NCBI GenBank assembly: GCA_965242865.1
Contig: CBDETK010000013.1
Coordinates: 2,336,001 to 2,400,000 of the forward strand
From: Candidatus Latescibacterota bacterium
GTDB taxonomy: Bacteria; Latescibacterota; UBA2968; UBA8231
Direction of reading: 5' to 3'
Length of the DNA stretch: 64,000 nt
The stretch's first letter is position 1. The number at the start of each line of letters is the position of its first letter. The notes beneath the pieces are model-generated. The model made no database searches, had not been told where the DNA came from, and saw only the letters and a program-made list of their open reading frames with translations. The position numbers and the translations under genes are program-made. Below, one piece after another: positions 34,150 through 42,536 of the stretch.

Positions 34150-36414
34150 TCAATACGCCACGCCCACGCTCGCGACCGCTTGGGCGCGGCCCGTCTTGGC
34201 CTCTAGCGCAACCCTGAACACGTAGTGGCCCGGCCGCACCAACTCGCCCGCGTCCGAGCGTCCATCCCAAGGCCGGGCAAAACGCCCACTCTCCTCCAGC
34301 GCGTCGTGCAGGGTTCGCACCGGCCGGCCGGCCAAGTCGAAAATCGCCACCCGCAGCCGCGTGGGGCGGCCCACATTGGTCAGATCGTATTGCAGCTCGG
34401 CCCGGTCGTGGACGCCGTCGCCATTGGGCGTAAAGACCGGCGGCTGGGCGCGCACATTGATCAGCAGCTCGCCCGAGATGGGCACTTGCACGGACAGGTT
34501 GCCCTCAAACGGCGTGCCGAGCGCCTGCGCGTCGAGGTCGCCCTCGCCCAAATCGGCCGCATTGCCCGGCACCACGCGCTGCCCCAACGAGCCGGCCGAT
34601 GCAGTGTTGAACACGTGGCCGCTAAACGTGGTGCCAAAGCGCAGGACCGCGCTGGCAAAATGCACGCGCAATTCCGTGCCGTCCGCGCCCACGGTCGGGA
34701 ACTCGAGGACCAAGGCATCGTCGGCCACCTCTGCGATCGCAAAGGCGCCGCGCACCACCGGCAACTCCTCGAGCCGTGCGCCGCTGAAATCGGCCGCCAA
34801 CACCTCGCCCTCGGGCGGCCGGAGCTGCACCGCGCCGACTCGTTCCACCCGGAGCGGCGTGGCGATCCGCAGGCGATTAAACCCCCGATCTCGCCCGGGG
34901 CGGAACTTGCTCCGCACCGCGTAGGTAAACTCCGTTTCCTCGCCCAAGGCCGCACGGCGGGGGCCGATCTCAGCGATCAATTCCTCGGCCAGCGGCGAGG
35001 GCAGCGCGTCAAAGGAAAGGCCCCCGACGCCCGTGGCCGCCTCAAAGTCGTCGCTGGCGAACTCGATCATAAACTGAAAGTAGCGCCGCGGACCGGGCGA
35101 GACGATCGGCCCACCCGCGCCCTCCGCGCCCAAAGCTGTCGGGAGGACGATGCTGCTGGGGGGATAGGGCGGCGACCACGCGCTCCAGTCGCTCACGTCG
35201 TTGCGAATGGTCGCCCGCACGCCGCGCGGGAGCTTTTTGTAATCGGCCTCGCTCAGCGTCACCTGCGCCCGCTCGGCCGGCGACAGCGCGTTAAAGACCT
35301 GCATGGCGTCGCGCAAATCCACTTCCTCGTTGTCGAGGACCGCCTCGACCAGTGCTTGCAGCCGCTCATCTTCAATGTCTTGGGCGAATTTCCACGGCAC
35401 CCCAACCTCGTTCCTGCTCAGGCCGCTGCTGATTCCAGCGCCGCTGCTGACCCCGGCTCCATCGGCCTGCAACCCCACATTGCCCCCGCCGACGCGGAAG
35501 ATCGACTCCCCGGGCCGCACCTTGTTGAATTCCACTGGCTCGGGGTCTGTGCCCGTGCGCGTCCGCACCGCAATCCGCGATAGCTGGGGATCGCCGACCT
35601 GCTCCTGCACCCAGCGCAGCTGGCCCAACAGCGCCAGATCGCCAAAGTCGAAGATGTTGGAGATATAGACGGCCTCGGGCACAAAGCCCGTGCCGAAGAC
35701 TTGGAACTCGGCGAGATCAAACCCCAGCGCCGTCAGGGACTTGAGCCGCACAAAGCGCACGTATTGCGGCCGGATGCGCCGATCGACGACCGCCGCTTCG
35801 TTCTGGCCTTCGAGCACCACGCTCGTGCGGATGGGCACTCCCTCGCGCTGGGTATCGGGCGTACCGTCGTTGATGAAAATTTCAAAGCTGCGCATGAAGT
35901 CGTTTTGGAAGGGGAAATTCGGGGCGGGGAATTCGGGCGCGGCATTGCGCGGAAAAAAGCGGAAGCGATTGACGCCAAAGCGCGCCCCCAAGTCGAGGTC
36001 GATGATCAGCCCCAACACTTGGGCGCTTTTGGCGCCGGCGCTCAAGCGCAGGTCGAGCCCGCTTTGGCCGTCGTCGTCGATGAGCTTGGCCAACTCGCCG
36101 CGGACGTTGAGATTGTTGGGCGACGTGATCGAGCCGCCGCGCGCTTCGGTGTTGGCGCCGAGGGCGATGTTGAGCGTGGTATCGGCGCGTTGGGGAAAAA
36201 TCCAGTTGGCAAAATTGGCGGGTTCAAAGTCGATGACGCCGCCGGGCGCGTTGGTGCTTTCAACGCTTTGAGCGCTGCGAATGACCTTGGCTTGGATCGC
36301 GCCGCCCCCACCGCGCCAGCCCAGCCCATCCGCCCCGACGACGATGGGGTCGGCCGCAGCGGGCAGGCTGCTAAAGACAGCGATGAGGCCGGTGCAAAGG
36401 AGGGGATAGCGCAT
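34150..36414 (-). CDS. Secreted protein with discoidin-like domain and FTPNGDG/FlgD-Ig C-terminal domain (cargo paralog 1)
   Basis: Signal peptide; DLG..F.VNR.RF.PR; RTRTG.DP; WSAWSPPY; SPGPRRYFQ; FTPNGDGVHD...WDGRSDAG. Confidence 0.8.
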   Translation of the reverse strand: MRYPLLCTGLIAVFSSLPAAADPIVVGADGLGWRGGGGAIQAKVIRSAQSVESTNAPGGVIDFEPANFANWIFPQRADTTLNIALGANTEARGGSITSPNNLNVRGELAKLIDDDGQSGLDLRLSAGAKSAQVLGLIIDLDLGARFGVNRFRFFPRNAAPEFPAPNFPFQNDFMRSFEIFINDGTPDTQREGVPIRTSVVLEGQNEAAVVDRRIRPQYVRFVRLKSLTALGFDLAEFQVFGTGFVPEAVYISNIFDFGDLALLGQLRWVQEQVGDPQLSRIAVRTRTGTDPEPVEFNKVRPGESIFRVGGGNVGLQADGAGVSSGAGISSGLSRNEVGVPWKFAQDIEDERLQALVEAVLDNEEVDLRDAMQVFNALSPAERAQVTLSEADYKKLPRGVRATIRNDVSDWSAWSPPYPPSSIVLPTALGAEGAGGPIVSPGPRRYFQFMIEFASDDFEAATGVGGLSFDALPSPLAEELIAEIGPRRAALGEETEFTYAVRSKFRPGRDRGFNRLRIATPLRVERVGAVQLRPPEGEVLAADFSGARLEELPVVRGAFAIAEVADDALVLEFPTVGADGTELRVHFASAVLRFGTTFSGHVFNTASAGSLGQRVVPGNAADLGEGDLDAQALGTPFEGNLSVQVPISGELLINVRAQPPVFTPNGDGVHDRAELQYDLTNVGRPTRLRVAIFDLAGRPVRTLHDALEESGRFARPWDGRSDAGELVRPGHYVFRVALEAKTGRAQAVASVGVAY

Positions 36415-36420
36415 GGGTGT

Positions 36421-36449
36421 TTGTTACGCTTTTCCGCCGAGCTTGTCAA
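36421..36449 (-). promoter_or_regulatory. Possible sigma70 promoter giving a leaderless transcript of the 36414 gene cluster
   Basis: Minus strand TTGACA-N17-TAACAA-N6-ATG; no Shine-Dalgarno. Confidence 0.4.
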
Positions 36450-36485
36450 GAATTCGCCGTGGCGGACGGGAAATTGCCCAAAACC

Positions 36486-36539
36486 GTCATTGCCGCAGTA
36501 GAACGTCACCCCGTGCTCCGACACGGGGCGGGAATCCAG
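36486..36539 (+). repeat. 54-bp palindromic repeat, family A
   Basis: GTCATTGCCGC...CCCCGTGCTCCGACACGGGGCGGGAATCCAG. Confidence 0.88.
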
Positions 36540-36594
36540 CAAAGGACCAAGCCGATATGGGGGTCGCCGGTGAACGGTTTAACTCAATCACCGT

Positions 36595-36697
36595 AGGTAC
36601 ACGACCCCTGCGTTAAGTCCGCCTTTTCTGCGGCTTCTGCTGAATCCGGGATCGAGGGCGTCCCGCCCTCGACGAGGGCAAGATGCCCTCGATCCTT
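36595..36697 (-). repeat. REP/MITE-like palindromic element, family B
   Basis: Core is the reverse complement of the 44379 copy (double GAGGGC...GCCCTC hairpins). Confidence 0.82.
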
Positions 36698-36843
36698 CGG
36701 AGAGACGGGCTGTCGTGTACTTAACTCAACCACAAAGCGAGGCTTTTCTGCGGTTTTTGATTTTAGTGTTTTTGTCGGTGGGGGGTGCTCGTCGGGCAAG
36801 GACGATGAGATTGGGGCAATTGTGCAGAAGCGCGTCGCGTCGG

Positions 36844-37125
36844 TTAGGGCAAGCTCAACAGAATAAGCGTCCCCAGCGCGAGCAGGCTGGTGATCTGGAT
36901 GCCGACGAGCCAACAGAATTGCTTGTCGATCTTTTGCCGCAGTTCGCGCCCTTGTGCGTCGATTTCTTGCCGCAGTTCGCGCCCTTGATCGGCAATGGCT
37001 TGCTCAATGCGGTCCAAGCGGGCGTTGTTCTGGCGGCCTTGCTCAACGAATTGCTCGGCCATGCCTTCTAATCGCCCAATGCGGCGGTCGTGGTCTTGTG
37101 CTTGGGTTAGGGGTAATTCGGTCAT
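36844..37125 (-). CDS. Small coiled-coil protein with C-terminal membrane anchor (DUF1640/CCDC90-like)
   Basis: AAAGGA RBS; RLDRIE, duplicated QGRELRQ.ID; hydrophobic tail WLVGIQITSLLALGTLIL. Confidence 0.7.
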   Translation of the reverse strand: MTELPLTQAQDHDRRIGRLEGMAEQFVEQGRQNNARLDRIEQAIADQGRELRQEIDAQGRELRQKIDKQFCWLVGIQITSLLALGTLILLSLP

Positions 37126-37225
37126 GGGACTTTCCTTTCGTGTTAAGGTCGTTTTTTGACGTTACAGGAATAATGCTACAATGTCAATCAGTAGAAACAC
37201 AAGCAATATTGACACGCCGATTGAT

Positions 37226-38743
37226 ATGCTACCAAAATCCTTGTTTGTCGCCGCACTCTTCTTCAGCACCGCCTTGGATGCCCAGACGCCCGCGGCCGAT
37301 ACCACCATCGCCGGCCAAACCCTGCCCCTGCTCCCCATTGAGACCCTAATCGCCCAACTGCAACGTCCAGCCAATGCCATCGTTTATCGGCAGGTCGCCT
37401 TTGGCGGACGCCTGTTCGCGCCCACCTCGGGGCTGGACACCTTGCGGGTCCCTCTCCGCTTTGAGGACGTGCATTTTCTCGACGAAGTATCCTTTAGCCA
37501 CGTTGCGTTTCTCGCCCCGGTGCGCTTTGAACGCACCCATTTTGCCGGGGGCCTTTCCTTTGCCCAAGCGCGGTTTACCGACGCCTTTGCCCTCCGCGCC
37601 AGTCATCTAGCCAAGCACGCGACCTTCCAAAAAACCCATTTCCTCGGCGCGGCCGACCTGTCGGCGAGCCGCTTCGCGGGCACGGCCTCCTTTGTCGGTG
37701 CCCACTTTGCCGGCCAGCACGCCCACTTTGCCCAGACCCAATTCGACCACGCCGCCTATTTCGAGCAGGCCACCTTTGCCGCGCCCGCCACCTTCACCGA
37801 CGCAGCTTTCGCCGCAATCGCCGCCTTCAAGAAGACGGTTTGGGCACGGCCTCTGTCCTTTGCTGGGGTCCGCTTTGCCGACCAAGTGCTGTTTTGGGAC
37901 GCGCACTTTGCCGAAGAGGTGTCCTTTGACCGCGGACGGGCCGACGGGGCGATCTCCTTTGACCGGGCGCGGTTTGGGGGCCGAGCTTCCTTTGCCGACT
38001 TCACGTTTGCGCGGGCGGCGCGCTTTCGCGGTGCGACCTTTGGCCAAGCCCAGTTCGATGGAGCGTACTTCCGCGAGGCCGCCGACTTCAGCGAGAGCGA
38101 GGGCCGCGTCCTCCGCCTCGACGCCTTCTTCCACCGCTCCCTCGACCTGAGCCGCGCCGCCTTTGCCCGGATCGACCTGCGGTCGGCCGGCGCGGATTCG
38201 ACCTTTGCCTCCACCTGCCGCTTCTACTTGCACCAGCCGCGCTTTGGCCGCATCCAAGTGCGCTGGTCTCAGCTAGCCGGCCATCTCGCCGCGCCCGACT
38301 CAACCCACGCCGCCGCCCTCGACCCAACCTACGCCGCGCTGTGCCACCAATTCCGCGCCCAAGGCTTGGGCGGCGCCGCCGCGGCCTGCCGCGCCGAGCG
38401 CATGGACCACCAGCGCCTTGGCCGCGCCTATACCGATCCGGTGCGCTGGGGCCTAGTGCTGTGGCGGCTGAGTGCGGGGTACGGCACGGCCCCCGGGCGA
38501 ATGCTCGCCTCCATGCTCGCGGTTATCCTCCTCTTCGGCTTGGCGTACCGCGCCGCTGCGAGCGGCCCGAGCCGCCCCACCCTCGCCGACTGCATGGTCT
38601 TCAGCCTCTGCACCTTCCTCCACGTCAACTCCTCAGCTTGGGACGCGCCGGGCAAGCTCAAAATCCTCGCGGTCGTCGAGGCCCTACTCGGCTGGGTCGC
38701 CTTTGGCCTGCTGATCGCCACAGCTTGGGCCTACCTGCTGTGA
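37226..38743 (+). CDS. Pentapeptide-repeat protein with C-terminal two-TM ion-channel-like region
   Basis: Signal peptide; about 20 A.F..A.F repeats; GYG..P.R, FSL.TF, EALLGW motifs. Confidence 0.8.
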   Translation: MLPKSLFVAALFFSTALDAQTPAADTTIAGQTLPLLPIETLIAQLQRPANAIVYRQVAFGGRLFAPTSGLDTLRVPLRFEDVHFLDEVSFSHVAFLAPVRFERTHFAGGLSFAQARFTDAFALRASHLAKHATFQKTHFLGAADLSASRFAGTASFVGAHFAGQHAHFAQTQFDHAAYFEQATFAAPATFTDAAFAAIAAFKKTVWARPLSFAGVRFADQVLFWDAHFAEEVSFDRGRADGAISFDRARFGGRASFADFTFARAARFRGATFGQAQFDGAYFREAADFSESEGRVLRLDAFFHRSLDLSRAAFARIDLRSAGADSTFASTCRFYLHQPRFGRIQVRWSQLAGHLAAPDSTHAAALDPTYAALCHQFRAQGLGGAAAACRAERMDHQRLGRAYTDPVRWGLVLWRLSAGYGTAPGRMLASMLAVILLFGLAYRAAASGPSRPTLADCMVFSLCTFLHVNSSAWDAPGKLKILAVVEALLGWVAFGLLIATAWAYLL

Positions 38744-38871
38744 CGCACCCACTTCCCCCAGTCGAGTTGTAGTAGCCGGGGATAATCGTCTTTGTGCCGC
38801 CGAGCGAGAAAGGAGTATATTCTAGCGTATCGAGTACGGTGCGAAACGAAGTGATTCAAAGAAGGCATTAA

Positions 38872-39120
38872 ATGGACAAAACTTTCTTTTATTTGGAGAC
38901 CCTGTCGAGAGAGACTGAAAAATCCGAGTCCGAAGTAATGACCCTAGCGTTTCAGAAGGGGGTCCAACAAATGTGGCGGGAACGAGTTCTAGGACGCTAC
39001 CTGCGACGGGAAATCACCCGCGACGTAGCGATAGAAGGGGTGGGCGTGGATTGGGTGGAACTGGCCGAGCGTCAGCACCAAGCTATGATGGAGGATCTCG
39101 AGTGGGCCATGGGCGGGTAG
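38872..39120 (+). CDS. Putative antitoxin partner of the downstream PIN protein
   Basis: 82 aa, overlaps the PIN gene; L.RYL..EI.R..A pattern resembles UPF0175-like proteins. Confidence 0.65.
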   Translation: MDKTFFYLETLSRETEKSESEVMTLAFQKGVQQMWRERVLGRYLRREITRDVAIEGVGVDWVELAERQHQAMMEDLEWAMGG

Positions 39121-39602
39121 AACGCGCCGTGGCTGATGCAGGTCCCCTCATTCACCTACACGAGGTGGGACAAACCGATCTACTGAATGTATTCGATGTA
39201 CTCTGCATACCCGGTGCTGTGTGGGCAGAGAGTGTCGATAAAATCAATATTTCCCCATTGCACTTCAATAACGGACGACGTCATATCCTTGCTGCTGACG
39301 ACGTCAATCATTTCGTCCAAGCGCATTCACTGAGCAATTTGCACGCCGGCGAGCGGGAAAGCCTCTGCCTGTGCAACCAACTGGATATTCCCCTTCTATT
39401 GACTGATGATCTGGCCGTTAGGGAGGCAGCCAAGCGGTTATGCGTACGGCCTGTGGGCTCATTGGGCATAGTCGTTAGAGGATATAAACAAGGAGTTCTA
39501 CCCTACTCCGAGGCCGAGAAAATTCTCATAGCACTTTATGAGGAAAGCAGTTTGTTCGTTACACAAACCATAGTAGAAATCGCCATTGAGCAGTTGGCCT
39601 GA
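39102..39602 (+). CDS. PIN-domain protein (DUF3368-like VapC toxin)
   Basis: GTG start after GGAGG; VADAGPLIHL, LHAGERE, LLLTDDLA.R..A, GSLGI. Confidence 0.88.
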   Translation: MGHGRVERAVADAGPLIHLHEVGQTDLLNVFDVLCIPGAVWAESVDKINISPLHFNNGRRHILAADDVNHFVQAHSLSNLHAGERESLCLCNQLDIPLLLTDDLAVREAAKRLCVRPVGSLGIVVRGYKQGVLPYSEAEKILIALYEESSLFVTQTIVEIAIEQLA

Positions 39603-39718
39603 ACTGGCGACCGAGGAGAACGCCCTCAAGGGATACTATGCCGACAGCCGGGGAGGATCGCCGGGCCGTGCTTCCACGACCACGGCGTCCTCTTGGCGGA
39701 CGGGCTCGTGCGCCCTTC

Positions 39719-39910
39719 TTATTGCGGGCGGTCTGCCACCAGCACCCCGCCGCTGGCCCAGTGCTCGCGCTCGCATTCTTCGAGCACGACCGTCGTTCCC
39801 TCGCGGGGCGCGTCGCAGGTATCTACGATGGCTTGGGTTAGGGCTTCAACTAAGGCCCGCTTCTGCTCGGCGGATCGCCCCGCGAGCATCTTCACGTTGA
39901 TAAATGGCAT
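39719..39910 (-). CDS. 4-oxalocrotonate tautomerase family protein
   Basis: MPFINV...GRS.EQK..L...T...HW..GG; catalytic Pro1. Confidence 0.93.
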   Translation of the reverse strand: MPFINVKMLAGRSAEQKRALVEALTQAIVDTCDAPREGTTVVLEECEREHWASGGVLVADRPQ

Positions 39911-40048
39911 CGTCCATTCTCCGGTTTCGGTTTGGTGGTTGGTAGAAATGTTTCTCCGTCTGGGAAAGTACGAGTACGGGGCTTGTGCTCCTAATCGTTT
40001 TCCTGTATTGTGGACACTTCCTCTCAACAGGATCGAGTTAGAGGAAAG

Positions 40049-40330
40049 ATGAGTCCCAGAGTTATTAGAGAAGGCAGTCTCATTTTTTGGTTTCACAGTT
40101 TTGACGCACTCCATGAAAATCGGGCCAGTGTTCATGTGGGAAAGGGGATGCAAAATGACCGCAATGATGCCAAGGTCTGGATCGAACCTACTATCCAAGT
40201 CGCACGTTCTGGCCGTGTACTGAGGCCGCATGAACTAAACCGAGCACTGAAAATCATTGAGCAGAATCAGGCGTATTTATTGGAGGCATGGTATGAATAC
40301 AGAGGTAAAACAAACCGAAGAACGGATTAA
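40049..40330 (+). CDS. DUF4160 family toxin-like protein
   Basis: SP.V.REG...F.F.S...HE....VHV...AK.W.EP...L.EAW.E. Confidence 0.8.
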   Translation: MSPRVIREGSLIFWFHSFDALHENRASVHVGKGMQNDRNDAKVWIEPTIQVARSGRVLRPHELNRALKIIEQNQAYLLEAWYEYRGKTNRRTD

Positions 40331-40619
40331 AGTGGAAAGATATGAGATCCCATATCCGGTTTCTGCATATACCTTTCCCCGAGAAGCCTCTATTCACCAC
40401 GTGCATTTTGACGATGTGCATATTCACATCGAATTAACGGATGGGCGCATCCTCTCCGTGCCCTTGCAATGGATTCCGACCCTCTATCACGCATCACCCG
40501 ATGAACGCGAAAAATACGAGATTGATCCAAGCCGCATGACGCTTTTATGGGACGCCGATAAGTGCGATATTAACGACGAACTCCATATCGCGGACTATCT
40601 CGGGTCTGGTCGTGCGTAA
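40293..40619 (+). CDS. DUF2442 family antitoxin-like protein
   Basis: L.DGR.LSVPL.W.PTL..A...R...W....D.L. Confidence 0.85.
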   Translation: MNTEVKQTEERIKVERYEIPYPVSAYTFPREASIHHVHFDDVHIHIELTDGRILSVPLQWIPTLYHASPDEREKYEIDPSRMTLLWDADKCDINDELHIADYLGSGRA

Positions 40620-40678
40620 GAATTTCAAATACTTGAGGAACTAGCCCGGCCCCAAACCCTCGACGTCATTGAGTTCGT

Positions 40679-42304
40679 CTGATTAAGTACTGCAAGATAT
40701 GGGGCCTCGCCAGCGCGCTCTGCGCTTGCGCCCCTCCAGACCCCCCAGCACCGCCAGTGCATTTCGCCGACGTGGGGGACGCCGCGGGCCTCGACTTTGT
40801 CCACTTCAACGGCTTTTCCGGCCAATACTACTACGTCGAAACCTTTGGCGCCGGCACCGCCTTCCTCGACTACGATGGCGATGGCCGCCTCGACCTCTAC
40901 CTCGCCAATGGCACGTACCTGACCGGTCCGCGCCCGGCTCAGCCGCCAGTCAACCGGCTCTACCGCAACGCGGGCGCGGGCACCTTCGCTGATGTCACCG
41001 CCCACAGCGGCAGTGCCGACCCCGGCTACGGCTTTGGCGTCGCGGCCGCCGACTACGACGCCGATGGCGACCCGGACCTCTTCGTCGCCAACTACGGCCC
41101 CAACGCTCTCTACCGCAACGACCAAGGCACCTTTGCCAAAGCAGCGGTCGGCGTGGGCGATCCGCGCTGGGGCGCCAGCGCCGCCTTCCTCGACTACGAC
41201 CGCGACGGCGATCTCGACCTCTTCGTCGCCAACTACGTGCGCTACGCCCTCAACGACGCCACCGTCTGCCAACAAGGTCCCGTGCGCGCGTACTGCCAGC
41301 CTAGCGCGTACGACCCCACCGGCGACCTCCTCTACCGCAACGACGACGGCGTCTTTGCCGACGTCACCGAGGCGACCGGCATTGCCCTCAAGGGCAAGGG
41401 ACTGGGCGTCGCGCTAGCCGATTACGACCGCGATGGCGACACCGACATCTACGTGGCCAACGACGGCACCATGAACTTCCTCTACGCCAATCAGCACGGC
41501 ACCTTTGCCGAGGTCGGCTTGACTGCCGGCACGCGCTACAACGAGCACGGGCATGCCGACGCCGGCATGGGCGTCGATTTTGGCGACTACGACCGCGATG
41601 GCGATGCCGACCTTTTCGTCACCAACTTCGCCTTTGAGACCAACGCCCTCTACCGCAACGACGGCCAAGGCCAATTCGCCGTCGCCACCCAACGCTTAGG
41701 GCTGGCCGATCCCTCGTACCGCCCCCTCGGCTTTGGCACCAAGTTTTTCGACTACGACCACGACGGCGACCTCGACCTCTTCGCGGCCAACGGGCACGTC
41801 ATCGACCGCATTGCGGAAGTGGATTCGAGCCAGACCTATCGACAACCCAACCAGCTATTCCGCAACGACGCCGGCCGCCGCTTTGTCGATGTCTCGGCTG
41901 CCTTAGGGCCGGATTTCCAACGGGCCAACGCCGGCCGAGCCACGGCGGTCGCCGACTACGACGACGATGGCGACCTCGACCTCCTCGTGACCACCGTAGC
42001 GGCCCGGCCGCGGCTGCTGCGCAACGACGGCGGCAACACCCGCCACTATTTGCAAATTTTACTGGTGGGCAAGCAGCACCCCGACGCCCTCGGGGCGCGG
42101 GTGGAGGTTGTGGCCGGCGGGCGGCGTCAAGTGCAGGAGCGCCAATCGGGCGGCAGCTATCTGGCCAGCCACGACCCGCGCCTACACTTCGGCTTGGGCG
42201 CGGCCACGAGCGCCCAAGTGGAAATCCACTGGCCAGACGGAACCCATCAGACCCTCACCGAGGTCGCCGCCAACCAATTGCTCAGAGTAGTACAACCGCG
42301 TTGA
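40679..42304 (+). CDS. CRTAC1 family (FG-GAP/VCBS repeats plus ASPIC/UnbV) lipoprotein
   Basis: Multiple DYD.DGD.DL.V.N repeats; GGSYLAS.D.RLHFGLG; lipobox LCAC lies in frame upstream of the track start 40757. Confidence 0.9.
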   Translation: MIKYCKIWGLASALCACAPPDPPAPPVHFADVGDAAGLDFVHFNGFSGQYYYVETFGAGTAFLDYDGDGRLDLYLANGTYLTGPRPAQPPVNRLYRNAGAGTFADVTAHSGSADPGYGFGVAAADYDADGDPDLFVANYGPNALYRNDQGTFAKAAVGVGDPRWGASAAFLDYDRDGDLDLFVANYVRYALNDATVCQQGPVRAYCQPSAYDPTGDLLYRNDDGVFADVTEATGIALKGKGLGVALADYDRDGDTDIYVANDGTMNFLYANQHGTFAEVGLTAGTRYNEHGHADAGMGVDFGDYDRDGDADLFVTNFAFETNALYRNDGQGQFAVATQRLGLADPSYRPLGFGTKFFDYDHDGDLDLFAANGHVIDRIAEVDSSQTYRQPNQLFRNDAGRRFVDVSAALGPDFQRANAGRATAVADYDDDGDLDLLVTTVAARPRLLRNDGGNTRHYLQILLVGKQHPDALGARVEVVAGGRRQVQERQSGGSYLASHDPRLHFGLGAATSAQVEIHWPDGTHQTLTEVAANQLLRVVQPR

Positions 42305-42329
42305 TTTAATCTCAGAAAGGTCAATAGCG

Positions 42330-42536
42330 ATGAACAAGATGAACAAAACGCTCAATCCGCCCGCGACGATTGAAGAGGGCAAATCCTATCGCATTTACTG
42401 GTCTGACGAAGACGAGTGCTTCATCGGCTATGCTCCAATGGCCGGCGGCAATTGTTGTCACGGAGATACGCCCGCGGAAGTCAAGCGGCAGTTGGAAGTC
42501 ATCATGGAGCTTTGTCGCGAGCTTGAGCCTCATTGA
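42330..42536 (+). CDS. HicB-like antitoxin (short, orphan)
   Basis: Y.I.WSDEDECFIG..P....C.HGDTP.E. Confidence 0.8.
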   Translation: MNKMNKTLNPPATIEEGKSYRIYWSDEDECFIGYAPMAGGNCCHGDTPAEVKRQLEVIMELCRELEPH

